The notes under the pieces were generated by a model. The model worked only from the letters and a program-made list of their open reading frames with translations, made no database searches and had not been told where the DNA came from. Positions 1 to 16,166 of a stretch of 64,000 nt of DNA are shown piece by piece; within the stretch, counting starts at the first letter, position 1; every line of letters starts with the position of its first letter. This DNA is from Chrysomallon squamiferum (Eukaryota; Animalia; Mollusca): NCBI GenBank assembly GCA_012295275.1, contig CM022673.1, positions 22,258,001-22,322,000 of the forward strand. Direction: 5' to 3'. The position numbers and the translations under genes were made by a program.

Positions 1-730
1 TGCTTTTCTTCTATAACTTATGTACATTTCTAACCTGATCCCTGCCAGCCCAGACCTTGGCGAGGGAGTAGATACTGAATTAACGACACAACCTGACGTC
101 ACACACAGAGACCGCCCTGACACACGTGAAAAGGAGTCGAGTGTGAAGAGCATATAAAATAAAATAATTAAAAAGTAAAACTAATATTAGCCTACAATTA
201 ATACACACACACACACACGCACACACACACACACACACACATATATATACACACATATACATATACATATATACATATAGATATATTTGTTTTTCTCTAT
301 ATGTTTCTGTAAATGTACTTATGAATATATGTGTGAGTATGATGATGATAATGATATATGTATTCACTTCATTTGTTTAGAATTTAGTTTATTTATTTAC
401 TGTTTTTGGTTATGACAGTGGAATCCATTTGTAAAAATAAGAAAATAATTTCTCTCTTCTGAACAGAAATATTTTTATTATTGGTTCTGCAGTTAATTGA
501 GTTGTTTTAAATTAAAAAATGAAATAATGAATAAATAAAATTTAAAAATAACTACAAATAAATAAATATATTAATTAATCAATTCATTTTTGTGAATAAG
601 TTTATTATAAACTATATTAATTTAATATTTTTAGAAATGTTATCGATTCTGTTTAAAAGTCAATGCTTTCAACATGGTTTAATAGAATATTTCGATATAT
701 AGTTTTTATATATTCATAAAACACAATAAC

Positions 731-853
<123 letters not shown>

Positions 854-1129
854 AAACGACTAACAAACAATTAACAACAATTTCTACATTACTTTTCCCA
901 TTTTAGTATTTTGTATGATAGAGAAACACATATGAACATAATAAAAACTTCCACAAGAACAGACAGCGAGAGAGAGAGGGAGAGGGATATATATATATAT
1001 TAATCAAAATGGTTGTACAAAGACAAATTTTAATGATTAATGCAATCTTATTTCATACGTTAAAAAATATTTCTTATAAAATTCCTTTTTAAGATAGGAT
1101 TAGAGTTTTAATTTCTATACACACACATT

Positions 1130-1161
<32 letters not shown>

Positions 1162-3473
1162 CACATATACACACATACACACACACACACACATATACAC
1201 ACGCAAACACACACACACACACACACACATATATAGACTTACATACACACACACATATATAAATATATATTTGAAACCGTGTAATTATCTGAAATAAGAC
1301 TTTTGAAAAATTTGATCTGTTAAGAATTAACAAAGAAAATAATATATTTTAAAAGTAATTATTATTCTTGATAAACATGATAATAAAAAACCCACAACAA
1401 AAGCCACAATACTATAATAAAAGCAGTAACAGCGAAAAAGCAGCAGCAGCAGCAGCAGCAACAACAACAACAACAGCAATAATAATAACATTAATGAAAA
1501 AAGAACAAGAATGATTATGTGTAAAAAGTATAAACAAAGGCATGTAAAAAGAGGCATCCAATCAGATAAAAAGAAAAAAAAACCACTCAGTTCAAAAATA
1601 ATTAAAAATAAAAACAGACTTCTGAATATTAAGAGTGTTATTCTGTGAAGGGATTTATATGTATAAATACGAGTGAAAATAAACCTAATAATAACAACAA
1701 CAACAACAACAATAGTAATAATAACAATAATAATTTTAAAAAAAAGAAGGTTTTTACATACTAAGTTTATGTTGAATAATATTTTTATTGGAATAAAATT
1801 TAAATAAAATCTTTGATTCTTCATTGTGTTATGTTATAGATTTATGATATATATATATATATATATATGCATGTGTGTGTATCTTATTCTTTCAGTGTGT
1901 GGATGCATGAGTGTATGTGTATGTGTGAGTGTGTAAGTATGTATGTGTATGTATGTATATCAGACAAACAAGATATACCCTTTAATCATAACCTGAAAGA
2001 AAAATAAATCATATCCATTTCAAAACTACAATATTTCACATTTATTATTTATGAAAAAAATAAATAAATAAATAAATAAATAATAATAATAGTAATAATA
2101 ATAATAATAATAATACAAAAACAATAACAATAATAGCATATAAACACTTGAACAGCAAACTAGAAAACCAACATCTATTATTACGAACGATGGTACATTA
2201 TTTCAGCTTTATTTCACTTGAAAGACATTTTTCACAAATCGACAAGCCCTTTGTTCGCGAAATTCACTTCCCAGCGCTGGAAACCGTTATGTTTGATTAC
2301 CTGTGCGTTCTAATTGCGTGTATCGAAATATACTAGCTTTGTTGCCGGCAGGAAGCGAGCTGACAGCTGACATGTTCAGGGCAATGTACATACTTGAAAT
2401 GTACATGGGAATCGCAGCTGGACTTTTACTGTCGCTCGCTAGTTTTCATTGCCGGTCTAGCGACGAAGACAATCGCTGTAGTAAAAATCTCGTGTTATTG
2501 TGACAATCGCAAATACCGCAGGGTAAAAGTTGAAAGAGGTTAATATAGTTAATGGATATAATTATATACTTATGCGTTGTTTTGTTGGTTATAAAATGTT
2601 AGATGTGTATTTAAAGAACATGTTTTAATAGTATGTAGGGACTTTTCAGAAAAAATAATGAGATTTTCCTGTGCTGGTTTGCTATGTAGGGGTATTATGA
2701 TCGGATGTCTTCATGTGAATATGATATATTTATCTCATCAACTGAATATACAATTAAATATATATTATTTTAAGTCTGACGCATTTTATACATCTGTGTT
2801 TCTTTCTTTGTGTGTCTGTTCGTTCGTGTCTTTGTGTGTGTGTGTGCATGTATATGTCACCTAACCACGAACAAAGTGCGTTGCAATGGTACATTTTTTG
2901 ACAATGCAAATAACAAATATTTTAGTAATGTTAATTATATGGACAATAGTTTGAGTATGGCTAAACAAATAATGAAATGGATAATCTACCTTTGATCGGT
3001 AACTAGATTATGTGAACTTAGTCAACAAATCAAGATAGGAATCAGGTTCAATAAAGGACGTCAACACACAAACCGATTTTCTATAAGAAATAGATCGGTA
3101 GACATAATTTATAAGTTGGCCTACTCTGATTCTCGTTTTTAGCGTGTAGAAGTTGTCAAGCTATTTTAATAACGTACACTGTTATTGAAGTATTTATAAA
3201 CAACATATATGTATGTACGTTTTATTTGTTTGTATGTGGTTTTATATTATGAAAATAGATCGACAATTTTCGATATGCTACACAAGCGAACGAATTGTGA
3301 TGTACACTCAGAGGGCCAAATTTGAAATTTTGAAATTGTTATAAACAATATCATAAAATAGACCACCATTTCAACAGTTTTACTTTATAATCATAAATAT
3401 TTTATTAATTAATGATGAAAATTTCCAGACCTTATCCAGAAGTCTTAAAATAATGATGTCACAGTTCAAAATA

Positions 3474-4087
3474 CAGGGTGTCCCAAAAGTAACCGAACAG
3501 CAAACTTAAACAAAATTAGATATTAAAAATAACAAATTTAATTCCATCTTTTATGTCATTTTATGTTATCTTTTGTACTATTCATTTACTTCTGTCAGTA
3601 GTAGTCTTTGGAATGATTTTTGTTACCTGATTGTAATGTTCTTCGTGATCGAGACTTCTGTTTTAGCACATGCTACTGGACTCTCCATGGTTCGACTTGA
3701 AATGGTATCCTCACTCTTAAAAATGCAGCGAAGAACTTTAGATCTAAACGAACGTATCTTCGTTATTAAGAATTACTTGCAAGATCCCCGGATCTGACAC
3801 CACCTGATTTCTTTCTATGGGGAGTTCTAAGGAACGCAGTTTATGCTAATAAACCTAGGACCATTGATCAACTGAAACAAAGTATTCAGCACGAATGGAA
3901 CCAAATTTCAGTGGAAACTTGCCAAAAAGCATGTCGCAGTGTTGTCAAAAGGTGTCGTGATTGTATTGAAGTTCAAGGTAGACATTTTGAACATTTGTAA
4001 ATACTAAATATACAGATTAAATTTGTTGTCTTTAATATCTAATTTTAATATCTAAGTTTGCGGTTCGGTTACTTTTGGGACACCCTG
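3474..4087 (+). mobile_element. Internally deleted Tc1/mariner-superfamily element (rosa/DD41D-like)
   Basis: TIRs CAGGGTGTCCCAAAAGTAACCGAAC... (about 65 bp, imperfect), TA on both sides (3472-3473, 4088-4089). Transposase N-terminus MQRRTLDLNERIFVIKNY (from 3723) is joined out of frame to the C-terminus RSPDLTPPDFFLWGVLRNAVY...GRHFEHL* (3782-4000). Confidence 0.93.
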
Positions 4088-4735
4088 TATAAATAAAATA
4101 AATTTTAAGGACTAAATTTTTCAGCAAGACTTGGTATTATAATATATTACAGTAAACTTTTGATGACATACCACATTACAAAGCACATACAACTTAAATA
4201 AACTGCACCTAATTTCTTATGCCATCCAGTCTCCATTCTTAAATCGTATTAATTAACTCAGCCATTTGGGAATCATGATCTGAAATAGTTTATTTTGGTT
4301 AAAGAGAAGTTAACAGACAATTCAGTGAAAAATTTGATTATTATTTCTCTGACTTGAGAAATAACGGCAAAATAATAATGCGAAAAAACAACAAAAAACA
4401 ACAACAACCCCCAAACCCCCAAAACCTAATAATAAATAAATAAATAAATAATGACAATAATAATAATAATTTAAAAAGCTAATAAAATGTATCTCCATTT
4501 TCAAGAAACACTAAAACATTTTTTCCACTTATATTTATTTTGATAACGTCACTATTTTAACGCGTTTGATATACCTGAATGCGGATTTTAAGAAGCCATA
4601 CGGATTTAGTAATTTAATAAAAATTGGTAATTAGTGTTTCTCTTTTTCTTTTTCCTCTTCGAAATTCATGTGATCATTCGTCTTTTAGTAACATTAACAA
4701 CAACAATAATAATAGCAATAAAAATACAACAACAG

Positions 4736-4793
<58 letters not shown>

Positions 4794-5202
4794 AAAAGTT
4801 ATTGTTTTTATTGTTGTTATTGTAGTAGTGGTCGTAGAACACTAAACTAAAAATAGCTCAAAACTAAGTAATATCAAAATATTATGAAAATATTACGAAA
4901 TATTACTGAAAGCTTACCTTTCAGTAATATTATCTATTATAATTTTTTCACTAAAAGAAAACAAAGGAAACACATTTTATGTTCACTGCGTTTTATAAAT
5001 CAAAATTTCTTTCGAAGTAAAAGAGTCAGTTTCTTTTTAGAAAGATACCATTGAGTAACTAATTTCTTTCTTTTGTAAATTTCTTTCTTCCTTTCTTTCT
5101 TTCTTTTTCATATTTATTTATTTATTTATTTTACAGCATCTAATATACTAAATATTCCAAAGGAAAAAAACAAAACAAAACTGAACAATGAAAGAAAGAT
5201 AT

Positions 5203-5255
<53 letters not shown>

Positions 5256-5325
5256 TATATATCTATTCTGAATAAAAAAAATAAATAAAAATAAAATAAA
5301 ATAAATAAATAAATAAAAAATAAAA

Positions 5326-5374
<49 letters not shown>

Positions 5375-5669
5375 AAAAAAAAAAATATTCAGAATTAATT
5401 TTGAGCTATAATTTATGCTAATGTTCTTGTTGAATAAAATGTAAATAAAAAAAGTTCGTTATTTAACAAATTCGACCAATCACGTTTAAGACAGATGTTA
5501 CATCTCGACTGGTTTTGACCTGCTAAAACATCAATTTTACAATAAATAGGTGTTAAGACTGTACAAGCACAAGAATATTATTTTCTTTTTAAATAAACTG
5601 TCAGCGTCAAACTAGGTATGTACGAGCAGTCTGCAATAATGCAACATAATTTTATATATGCGTGTATAC

Positions 5670-5706
<37 letters not shown>

Positions 5707-5800
5707 CTCACACATACACACAAACACATCCACACATATACGTACATACACACATACATACATATATATATACATATACATACATAATATGTACATATAC

Positions 5801-5833
<33 letters not shown>

Positions 5834-7746
5834 CATACATACCAACATACATAGATAGATAGATTTTTTAACAAGTCTGTGTGAGTATGTGCGTGTGTGC
5901 GTTTATTTTTGCCATTTCATATATTCAAATAAAACACTCTCCATAAGTAATCCAGCTTTTGTACGTGAAATGCAGAAGTAAGTAATTTAGAAAATAGATA
6001 AAACTCTCGTAATTCTAATTATCTGATTAACTAAAAAGCAGAAACACTTGATATTAATAATTAGGATTAAATTAGCTTTAAGTTGAAATAACGATAATTA
6101 AAAGAAACACGAGAAAAAAAGAAAAACAAACTCAACTATCAGAAAACAAAAACGAAAGTTATTTATATACTACATACGATCATACATACATTCATACATT
6201 CATACATTCACAACTACATTTACACATATAAATACTTACACCCATATATATACTTAATACATTAATACATACACACATGCATAAAGACACATACATATAT
6301 ACAAACGTACATACCTATATACATAAACATACATATATGCGCACGTACATAAACATGTTTATATTTTAGCGATACAAAATTTAGTATAGAGCAGTTGACA
6401 GTGCACCACAGCCTTTTATCTCAGACCATCTCTGTGAGAATGTATGAATAATAATAAAAGGCTGAATTTATGATGGTGGTGGAGATTATTATTATTGTTG
6501 TTGTTGATGTTGTTGTTGTTACGACGTGTAAAATGTTGGATGGTTTAGTAAAGAAAACTCACATAAAGATACACCCTTATTTAACCATAACAGTCAGTTC
6601 TGTTTCATCGAAAATACACTACTGTGTAACGTAAAATTCACAGCTGAAAACCCATTATCGTTTTAATACATCATCCCTACCCACCGTAGTTGAAAACGCC
6701 CAGTGAATAAAACTTGTGGAGAACGAAATGAAACTGATACATGTATAAAAATTAAATTTCGTTTGCATTTTGTTTAATTCAACTATCACTTTTCATCTCC
6801 TAAAAGTGATGTTTTCTTTCTTTCTTCTTTTTTTTCCTTTCTTTTTTTCTTTCGTCTTCGTTTTTCATTCATTTTTTTTTTTTTTTTTTTTTTAAATAAC
6901 TATTTTCGGGATGGTGGGGGGATTTGTTAGGTTGATTTATGGATACGTTTTTTTTTCTTCTTACAAACTTTAACAAACTTAAGAAGAATAAATTATAATA
7001 TTTATTAAACTCGAGACGGGATGAAAGTTTTCCAGTTTTTTCTCTTAGGCTTTCATTTCAGAATACATTCGTTTTGGAACAAACAGTCCAATCTTTATTT
7101 TTGCTGATAAATAATTTCAATGCAGCATAAAAACCAGATTTATTACAACTTACAAAGTATTAAAATAATAATAATAATAATAAATAATTTTTTTTTTTTT
7201 AAATGATATAATTGGATATTGTATATATAAAAGGTTTTGCCGATAGGGCATTTAATCTACTTCTATGATTTATAAATAAATAAATACTACTGTTTTGTCC
7301 TATGAAAGAAAACGTTTAGATGTTATTAATCTAATTTAGAAAATTATGTAATTTTTTCTGTTTCGTTCCTACTCGTTTACTATTATTATTGTTAAACGAT
7401 AATCACATAAAATCAATTTTCCTTTCTACTATGCTAAATCATTAAAATTTACATTTCAAACAGCTACAACATATTAGACACAACACTGCGCCATTACTCA
7501 TCAAATGAATATACACTATTTCAACCGTTAATTTTCTTTCGTATATTCTTACGTAATTAATTAGCATATACAGATGAACTGTCAGCTGAAAATAATCTAT
7601 TTCCACCGCTTCAAACCGTATTTACGCTGCGATCGCCGTTCATGCAGAGATTACGTTTTCATTCGGTCACTTTTGCATCTGAGAAAAAAAGTAGCTCTAT
7701 CGCAATCTCAAATCGACAGCTGGTTGTTGCTGAAAGAGACAGTGAC

Positions 7747-7770
7747 GCGCATGCGCAAATCACACGTGAC
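7747..7770. promoter_or_regulatory. NRF1-like GCGCATGCGC plus CACGTGAC E-box in a CpG-rich block
   Basis: Exact motif matches at 7747-7756 and 7763-7770. Confidence 0.5.
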
Positions 7771-8511
7771 CAGGTGAAAGTTCTCATGTTTCACATACTT
7801 CATTTATTGCACTTCCTTGGAATCTTGCCAAGGCTGAAATCGATTAAGAGGGGTTTGTGTCAAAAGGCGTAAAAATAGCATTTTTTTTCCATTTCGTTTT
7901 CTTTTTCTATTTATTCACTCTTTTTTCACTTTTTTTTCTTTTTTTTTCTCTCTTCACCGCGGTTTAGCGCTAAAACGAAGTTTTGTTTATTTACACGCAG
8001 GATAGATAAAATAAAAATCGTTTAATACATATAAAAACTAAATATAGATTTAATGTTATAAATATAACAGTTTATTCAAATAAACGTTTTTTCTCGAAAT
8101 TCTGACGTGAACAAATTAAATTACTTCTACTCGAAACACACTCAGAAATAACAGTAAATCATAGCGATATGCAGGTTTGTGTCTGAGTTTGTGTATACTC
8201 ACAGAAAATCACAAAGGCCACGTAGACCTTTACATTTATATAAATCTGCATTTAAAATTAGATAGATTTACATTGGTATTTTAATAGATTTTTTATTTTT
8301 TTATTTTTTTTTTATTTTAGTTTAAGAAAAAATAATTATGTGTACGTGTACATAATAAGAAACAAATGTACAACATTCAAAATAAACATTGTAATATAAA
8401 GTTTGGAAAGACATTTCACATTTATTTATAATAAATAATACATAAATACATTAATAAAGAAATAACGGTTGTCAGGTTGCTTTGTAATTTTTCAGTAATG
8501 TAACGAAGAAA

Positions 8512-9435
<924 letters not shown>

Positions 9436-9899
9436 AGAATAAGATCTTGGCTTGGCCTGTCACTGTGGACGTCTATGTTTGCGAGGTTATTGTTTATTTA
9501 TTTATTTATTTTTATTATTAATTTTTTCGTCTTCTTCTTCTTCTTCTTCTTATTATTTTGTTATTTTAACGTCTTTCAGTGATTCCTTCTTTCTTGAATT
9601 TTACAGTGCATTAAAATTAGAGAATTACATTTAAAACATGCTAAATCTCTATTTCAATCTACAAAGTAGATTATTACTTGTTGCGTAATTCACAGACTTT
9701 AGAATATATTTCAAAATCACGTCAAATTCTTTTCTGCCTGTAAATAATCGCTGTTATAAGTAAGTCTATCCAGTATTTTTTATTGATATCATAGCTCAGT
9801 TCTGTATGTACGTCATGCTAGTATTTCCAGTAATAAATTTTAATATATATTCAAAATGATGTGGAATTAACTGATTAATACCACTGACATATGCTAACA

Positions 9900-9973
<74 letters not shown>

Positions 9974-10655
9974 TGCCTTTACCTTTAGTTACATTTGATA
10001 ATAAAAATAAAAATAAAATTAACGAATAAAAAAATAATAATACAAAAGCAAAGATATAAATAAAGTATACAAACTGATTAATTTATAGTCTGTATTTTTC
10101 ATTATTATTGAAATTAATTATATAAAATGCACAAACGCACATATATGCATACATATGTTGTATATTTTAACTGTACATAAGGGCTTACGTATTTAATATT
10201 AATATGATAGTTGAACATTTATTATTTGTTGATTTTAGATAAAAAAAAAAGTTTAGGTTTTAGTCTTAATTATTTCCAAATAGTTAAAAATGGTTAATTT
10301 ATATTTTAATTCCTTAGTTTTTGTATTTGTCCATTCTATGTTTTCTTTTTTTTGTGTGTGTGTGTATGTATGTGTGTTTGTGTGTATGTGTGTGTCTGTG
10401 TCTGTGTGTATTCTGTGAGCGTGTATTTAAATAATAAAATAAAACTCAGCACTAGTTAAATTATATTATTTATTTAAATGAAGTTTGGTAAATAAATTAG
10501 AAACCAAAGCTACAAAACAATTTTATCGGAAACATAAATTAAAATTAATAAAATGATTAATTAAATTTTGAATAGGAAATAAACTGAAAAAAATAAAGAA
10601 TTATACAAACAAAGAGGAAAAAAATAATTCATTCATTAAAAAGCAAAAACAATAA

Positions 10656-10696
<41 letters not shown>

Positions 10697-12545
10697 TGAT
10701 GATGATCATCATCATCATCATAATAATAACAATAACAACAACAAAAACAACAAATAAAAAAATTAAAATAAATATTTTATAAATTATATACAAAAGAAAA
10801 ACGTATCTAAAATAGAAGGAAAATAAATTTGAAAATTCACATCTAAAACTGAATTAATAGCATTAATAGTATATTTATTTGAGTAAATACATTATTATAA
10901 ATTAAAATTTTATTTTTTTTACTATTATACATTTAGACAAAATAAATATAACTTTTTTTATAATTATATTACATGGAACTGATTTTAAGTAAATAAAAAA
11001 ATGACACTTCAAGACTTACACATTATACATATACATAATAATACAACTCACAAAGTAAAATATCACACACACACATACACACATACATACACACACACTT
11101 ACACACAACACGCACACAGGATCACACACACACAAACAACATATACACAGACGTGAATAGCAGACTTCATAAATTCGGCAATTCAAATTTAATTTGGTTT
11201 TTGATACGTTTATACACGTCCTAGTGGACTGAACTTTGTAAACCTTTCATGGCTTGCCACTAAGTGTTTTTTCTCTTAAATTACTCGTTTTTCACAAACA
11301 AGTAATTCAACTCACACGTACACGTTCAAACATGAAGGAATCAGCGGATAGCGTTATTTTTTTTATTATTATTTATTGTTTTATTATTTATTATTTATTT
11401 TATTTTATTTTTTTTCATTTAATTAAACTTGATTTGTAAGAAGAAAAAGGCAGATAAATAAATAAATAAAAAGTTTTGTAGGTTTTGTTTTGTTCAATAT
11501 ATTTAAGTTTTTTCTTTTTTCTTTCTAAAAAAAAAAACGTAAAATAAAAAAAAATAAAAAAATAAAAACAAATAAAAAAATAAAAACATTCAGCTTTCTT
11601 TATACTCGACTTTAAAAAAACATTGTTTGTTTCTGGTTGCTGAGGTGTATTTAAAGTTTATATCTTGCCTATGTTTCTTTTTTGTTTCTTTATTATTTTT
11701 GTTTAGATTTAATGATCAGTTTCAGTTAATCTTATCAGAATCAAATATATCGATATTTTCAAATCAGTGTTTTCTGTTGTTTCTTTTTTATTTTTGTTCC
11801 TTATCTTTTTTCTTTATTTCACGTTTTTTTTTTTTTTTTTTTTTTTTTTATTATTATTATTTTTTAAATAATAATAATAAAAATATACCCTCCCCCCAAA
11901 AAAAAAACCAGTAGAAGAAATCCAAAAACAGATAAAAATAAGCAAAAATAGAGATTGATTAAAGAAAATCTAAACAAATAAAATGAATGAATTTAACAGA
12001 CAAATAGGCAGTCGGACACATCGACACTGAAAATAAAAAGGCAGAATGATAAATAAAGAGATCGATAGATCGGTAGATAGAGATAGACAGACACACTGAT
12101 TGATAATTATTCAATTATTTGTTTACTTTGTGCTGTTAATAAAGAAAAACAAACAAACAAACAAATAAATAAATAAATAAATAAATTCACAATTTTCATT
12201 AATTTTTTATCAGCTACAAATAATTATTGTATTTGATTTTTTAAATTATCAATCGTTATTTATTTATTTCCAGATTTTAACATTCCTTTTTAATATAATA
12301 CAGTTCTCACGGGCACCAAATAAAAATGTGTTTATTAAACTTCATAATCATGTTTATTTTCTTATAAGCATGCTAATTTTCTGTTCATTTCATCTGTCGC
12401 CTATACGTAGTGTCAGACGAAATGTACTCTGTTACTGTGAAAATCAATAATGTCATTTTCATAGTTTTAACAACACGTTTCAACTTGTTTTAACAATTTT
12501 ACTACATTAACATCTTTTTAACTATGAATCTTATGGTAAATCTAA

Positions 12546-12582
<37 letters not shown>

Positions 12583-13042
12583 GTGTGTGTTTGTGTGTAT
12601 GTGTGTTTGTGATATTTTCTATATTTCATTTTACAGTTTATTCTTTGAACTAACCCGTTAATCTGGACCAGTAACATTATTTTATTATTTTATATACATA
12701 CACATACAGGTCCTGGGGCAAGGTTGGAACGGATTTCGTGTTCATGTCGTCTAGATATAAGTTAATTGTACTGAAATATATTTCTCGTCGTATTCCTAAT
12801 AATTAAAAAACAGCGAGGAGAAAGTTAAACCGCAGGTATCAAATTTACTTTTATCGTGAAACCTGTTAATGAAAGAGACACGAAATTTTATACTGAGTCA
12901 AATTTCGCTTCCAAAGTTTGTCGACTTTGCAGAATGTCTAGTTTTTATTATTATTATATTTTTTTATTAAGTTTTATTCACGTGAGAATAAATAAGTAGA
13001 AGCAGTTTTTTTAAATGTGTCTAGACGCGCATTGTTTTGTGT

Positions 13043-13162
13043 TTCAGATCGCTGTACAACATGTGTTCAGATCGCTGTACAACATGTGTTCAGATCGCTG
13101 TACAACATGTGTTCAGATCGCTGTACAACATGTTTTTCAGATCGCTGTACAACATGTGTTCA
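13043..13162. repeat. 23-bp minisatellite TTCAGATCGCTGTACAACATGTG x5
   Basis: Units at 13043, 13066, 13089, 13112 and 13136, near-identical, no spacers. Confidence 0.95.
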
Positions 13163-13996
13163 AATTCTGCACTTGACATGTGGTGCTCTTCAGCCTTTTA
13201 CCGAATTTCTTCTGCTCAGCTGGATGTCAAGGAATAATAGTAAGAAGAATTAATGTCATAAAAAAATAATTAAAAACAGACAATTTACTTTTATCTACTT
13301 TGTTATTTACTTTCTCTTGGTAAGTAGAATCTAATACCGCACGTTTATAAAATCTGTTTTCACGTAATATATTCGTGTGAAATCTGTCTTTGGCTGTTAC
13401 ATAATTTAATGACCTATTAAAAAAAGAAAAAACTATTTTCATTTGCTTCACAGATCCATTTTTTGGAGTACTCAGTACATTTTCTCATAATGAAATCACA
13501 CACACACACACACAGACACACACACACACATAGTGTACTTTGTTTTTACTGATCTCAGTGAATAAAAGAGTTTTAATTTAAAAACAGATACTAATAAATG
13601 CTTCTATGTTATATCCGTATTTTTTCTTATTCATTTAATTTTATTTAATTTTAGGGTTTATTTATTTATTTATTCATTCACTGATTCATTAAAAAACGAC
13701 ATTGCTAAATAACTGCTACGAAATGTATAATATATGTATGGGAACGACACACACTCACACTCACATTACCAAACGCACACGCACATTTATGCATGTCAGT
13801 TGGTGTATGGTTTTTTTACTATTATTCCCCGATGTCTTTTGGGTTCACGTGTATTGAGATATGTGTTTGTATATGTATGTGTGTGTATGGAATATATTTT
13901 TGTATATTATATTGTTGTGTTTGCGAACAAATATACGTGGGTTCATGTGTGTGTGTGAATGTATGAATCTTCTATGCAATTACATATCTATGAATA

Positions 13997-14616
13997 TAGT
14001 AATACCTCGTTTTATCGATGTAATTGGTTCCAAATTTGCGATCGTTAAGTGAGGTATCGTAAAGCGGAACACTAATTTACATAGAATGAAGGTTAACAAC
14101 AATGGTTACGTTCTCTCTGATGAGATTTGATATATGATTTAATAGATCAGAGATATTAAATAAACAGTAAATCATTTACAAATCAATTTATACAAATAGA
14201 TTAAGAAATAATTATATGCCGATCATTGTGGGTTCATTTTTCTGGGTTTTGTGTTCATTTAAGATATCGTATTTTGTTTCTAAAGTTATTGTCTTTTTTT
14301 TTATCATCCGCTTTCGCCGGTGTACTTTCTATTCGTTTTGACATATTGGAATATTAAATTACAAAAGTCTAAATGGAAGCAGACGAGAAGAGAGAATCTG
14401 AACACCACATGCACGTGTGACGTCTGCATGTCAACTGATTAACACAGCTAAGGTAAGCTTTAGCGCTTCACTGAACGAAACACGAACTAACTTAAACGCA
14501 TGCATTGTACCCATTTGTACTATTTATTTCAAGCAATTAACATTAGATTTCTATTTATATAGCTTGTTTAAAAAAAAGATCGTTTAAGCGGGATATCGTT
14601 AAGCGAGGTATTATTG
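13997..14616. mobile_element. pogo/Tigger-like MITE
   Basis: Imperfect TIRs tagtaatacctcgttttatcgat / caataatacctcgcttaacgat, TA flanks, repeated subterminal atcgttaagcg-type motifs, no ORF. Confidence 0.8.
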
Positions 14617-14830
14617 TATATATAATACGTTTTCATGTTTAGATAGTACGTATGTATGTGTAGTTTGATTAAACTGCAAAGTAGCTAGATATTTATACCA
14701 ACACTCGTTCTATGTAATGTGCAGTCTAGAGGTAGAGGTACACATTACCTGTGTTAAATGACATTTAGATTGGCTTTTTTATCTCTACAATAAGATGCAT
14801 TATGAGCAAGTCGTTTACACCTCACCACAT

Positions 14831-15525
14831 TAATATTTATGTAAATTGTTGAATTTACATACCTTAATATTTATGTAAGCTACTTCTAATTCAAATATTG
14901 ACGTTTATGAGATTTGTTGAAGGAAAGACTAATATTTATGTAATTGGTTGATGTTTCATATTTATGTTACGTTAAGAACACACAGAGTGATGTTAATGGG
15001 AAGTGTTGAAAGTTTTAGAGATCTAAATACACGCATTATATTGATACAATCCAGTGTGACGTTTCTCTGAAGCTGTACAATATATTACTGTTTGTCCAAA
15101 ACACCGAATGAAGCAGTGACATATTTAAATAACTGCTTTTGTGTTACTGGTTTATACACTTCAGAATCTTGTATATACGACAGTAGGTAACTGATCAAAT
15201 ATCTTCGATTTATTTAAATTCATTTTTTTTGCACCACTGTACTTTTTTCGCACACATGTCAATTGTTGTTTGCACAAAGACTCTAAATACCACCCCCACC
15301 AAGCAAACCGAAAAAAGCCCAGAAATTATTTTTTTGTACATATTGAAATCCTGGCGTTTATGTTAACTGTTGAAATATCGGCGTTTATGTAAGAGACATT
15401 TATGTGAACTATTGATATGCGTGTGTTTATGTGAGTTATTGATGTACTAGCGTATATTTGACTACTGATATATGGCGTACGTGTGAAGTACTAATATACT
15501 GATGTTTATGAAAAGTACTGATACA
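14831..15525. repeat. Two patches of decayed 27-35 bp tandem repeats (core tttatgt(a/g)a...ttga)
   Basis: Recurrent taatatttatgtaa (14831-14965) and ggcgtttatgt/tgatat units (15340-15525). Confidence 0.55.
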
Positions 15526-16010
15526 AGTTACTGATTCACAACGAGTTTCGATATGTAATATAAAAGTGCTAAGTAAATTTAGAATATCATATTTGCCATT
15601 TTCTTAACTATATATATTACTGACAAATTAGGAAGTAACATTTAAATATAAATAAACAAAGAAATAATTTAAATACATACTAATAGAATAAAAATAATAA
15701 TAATTTAAGAATTTATGATATGTTATTAGAGACGGATAAACTAGTTTATTTGATAATAATAATAATAGCAACAACAACAACAATGACAACAACAGTAATA
15801 ATGATAGTAATCCACCCTAAGGAACAATCTTACCGACTTTTATTTGACAGGAGAATATAGATATTTAGACCTAGATCATTGACTAAAGTATTGATAATAA
15901 AGTGGAAACATATATCGACTTTGACATGATGCACTGGTTTATGGAAATAAGAGAAAACACTTATTTTCTGTGATAGAAACACACGTCGCAGACCTTGACG
16001 TTCAGACAGA

Positions 16011-16166
16011 TAATACGTACTATCTACTTTAATATTTACTATCTACTTTAATATTTACTATCTACTTTAATACGTACTATCTACTTTAATATTTACTATC
16101 TACTTTAATATGTACTATCTACTTTAATATGTACTATCTACTTTAATATGTATTATCTACTTTAAT
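16011..16166. repeat. 19-bp minisatellite TACTATCTACTTTAATAYK x8
   Basis: Exact 19-bp period from 16018 to 16151. Confidence 0.95.

Noticed and set aside
13043-13162. CRISPR-like array of 23-bp repeats
   Set aside because: Head-to-tail units with no unique spacers, no cas genes, eukaryotic context
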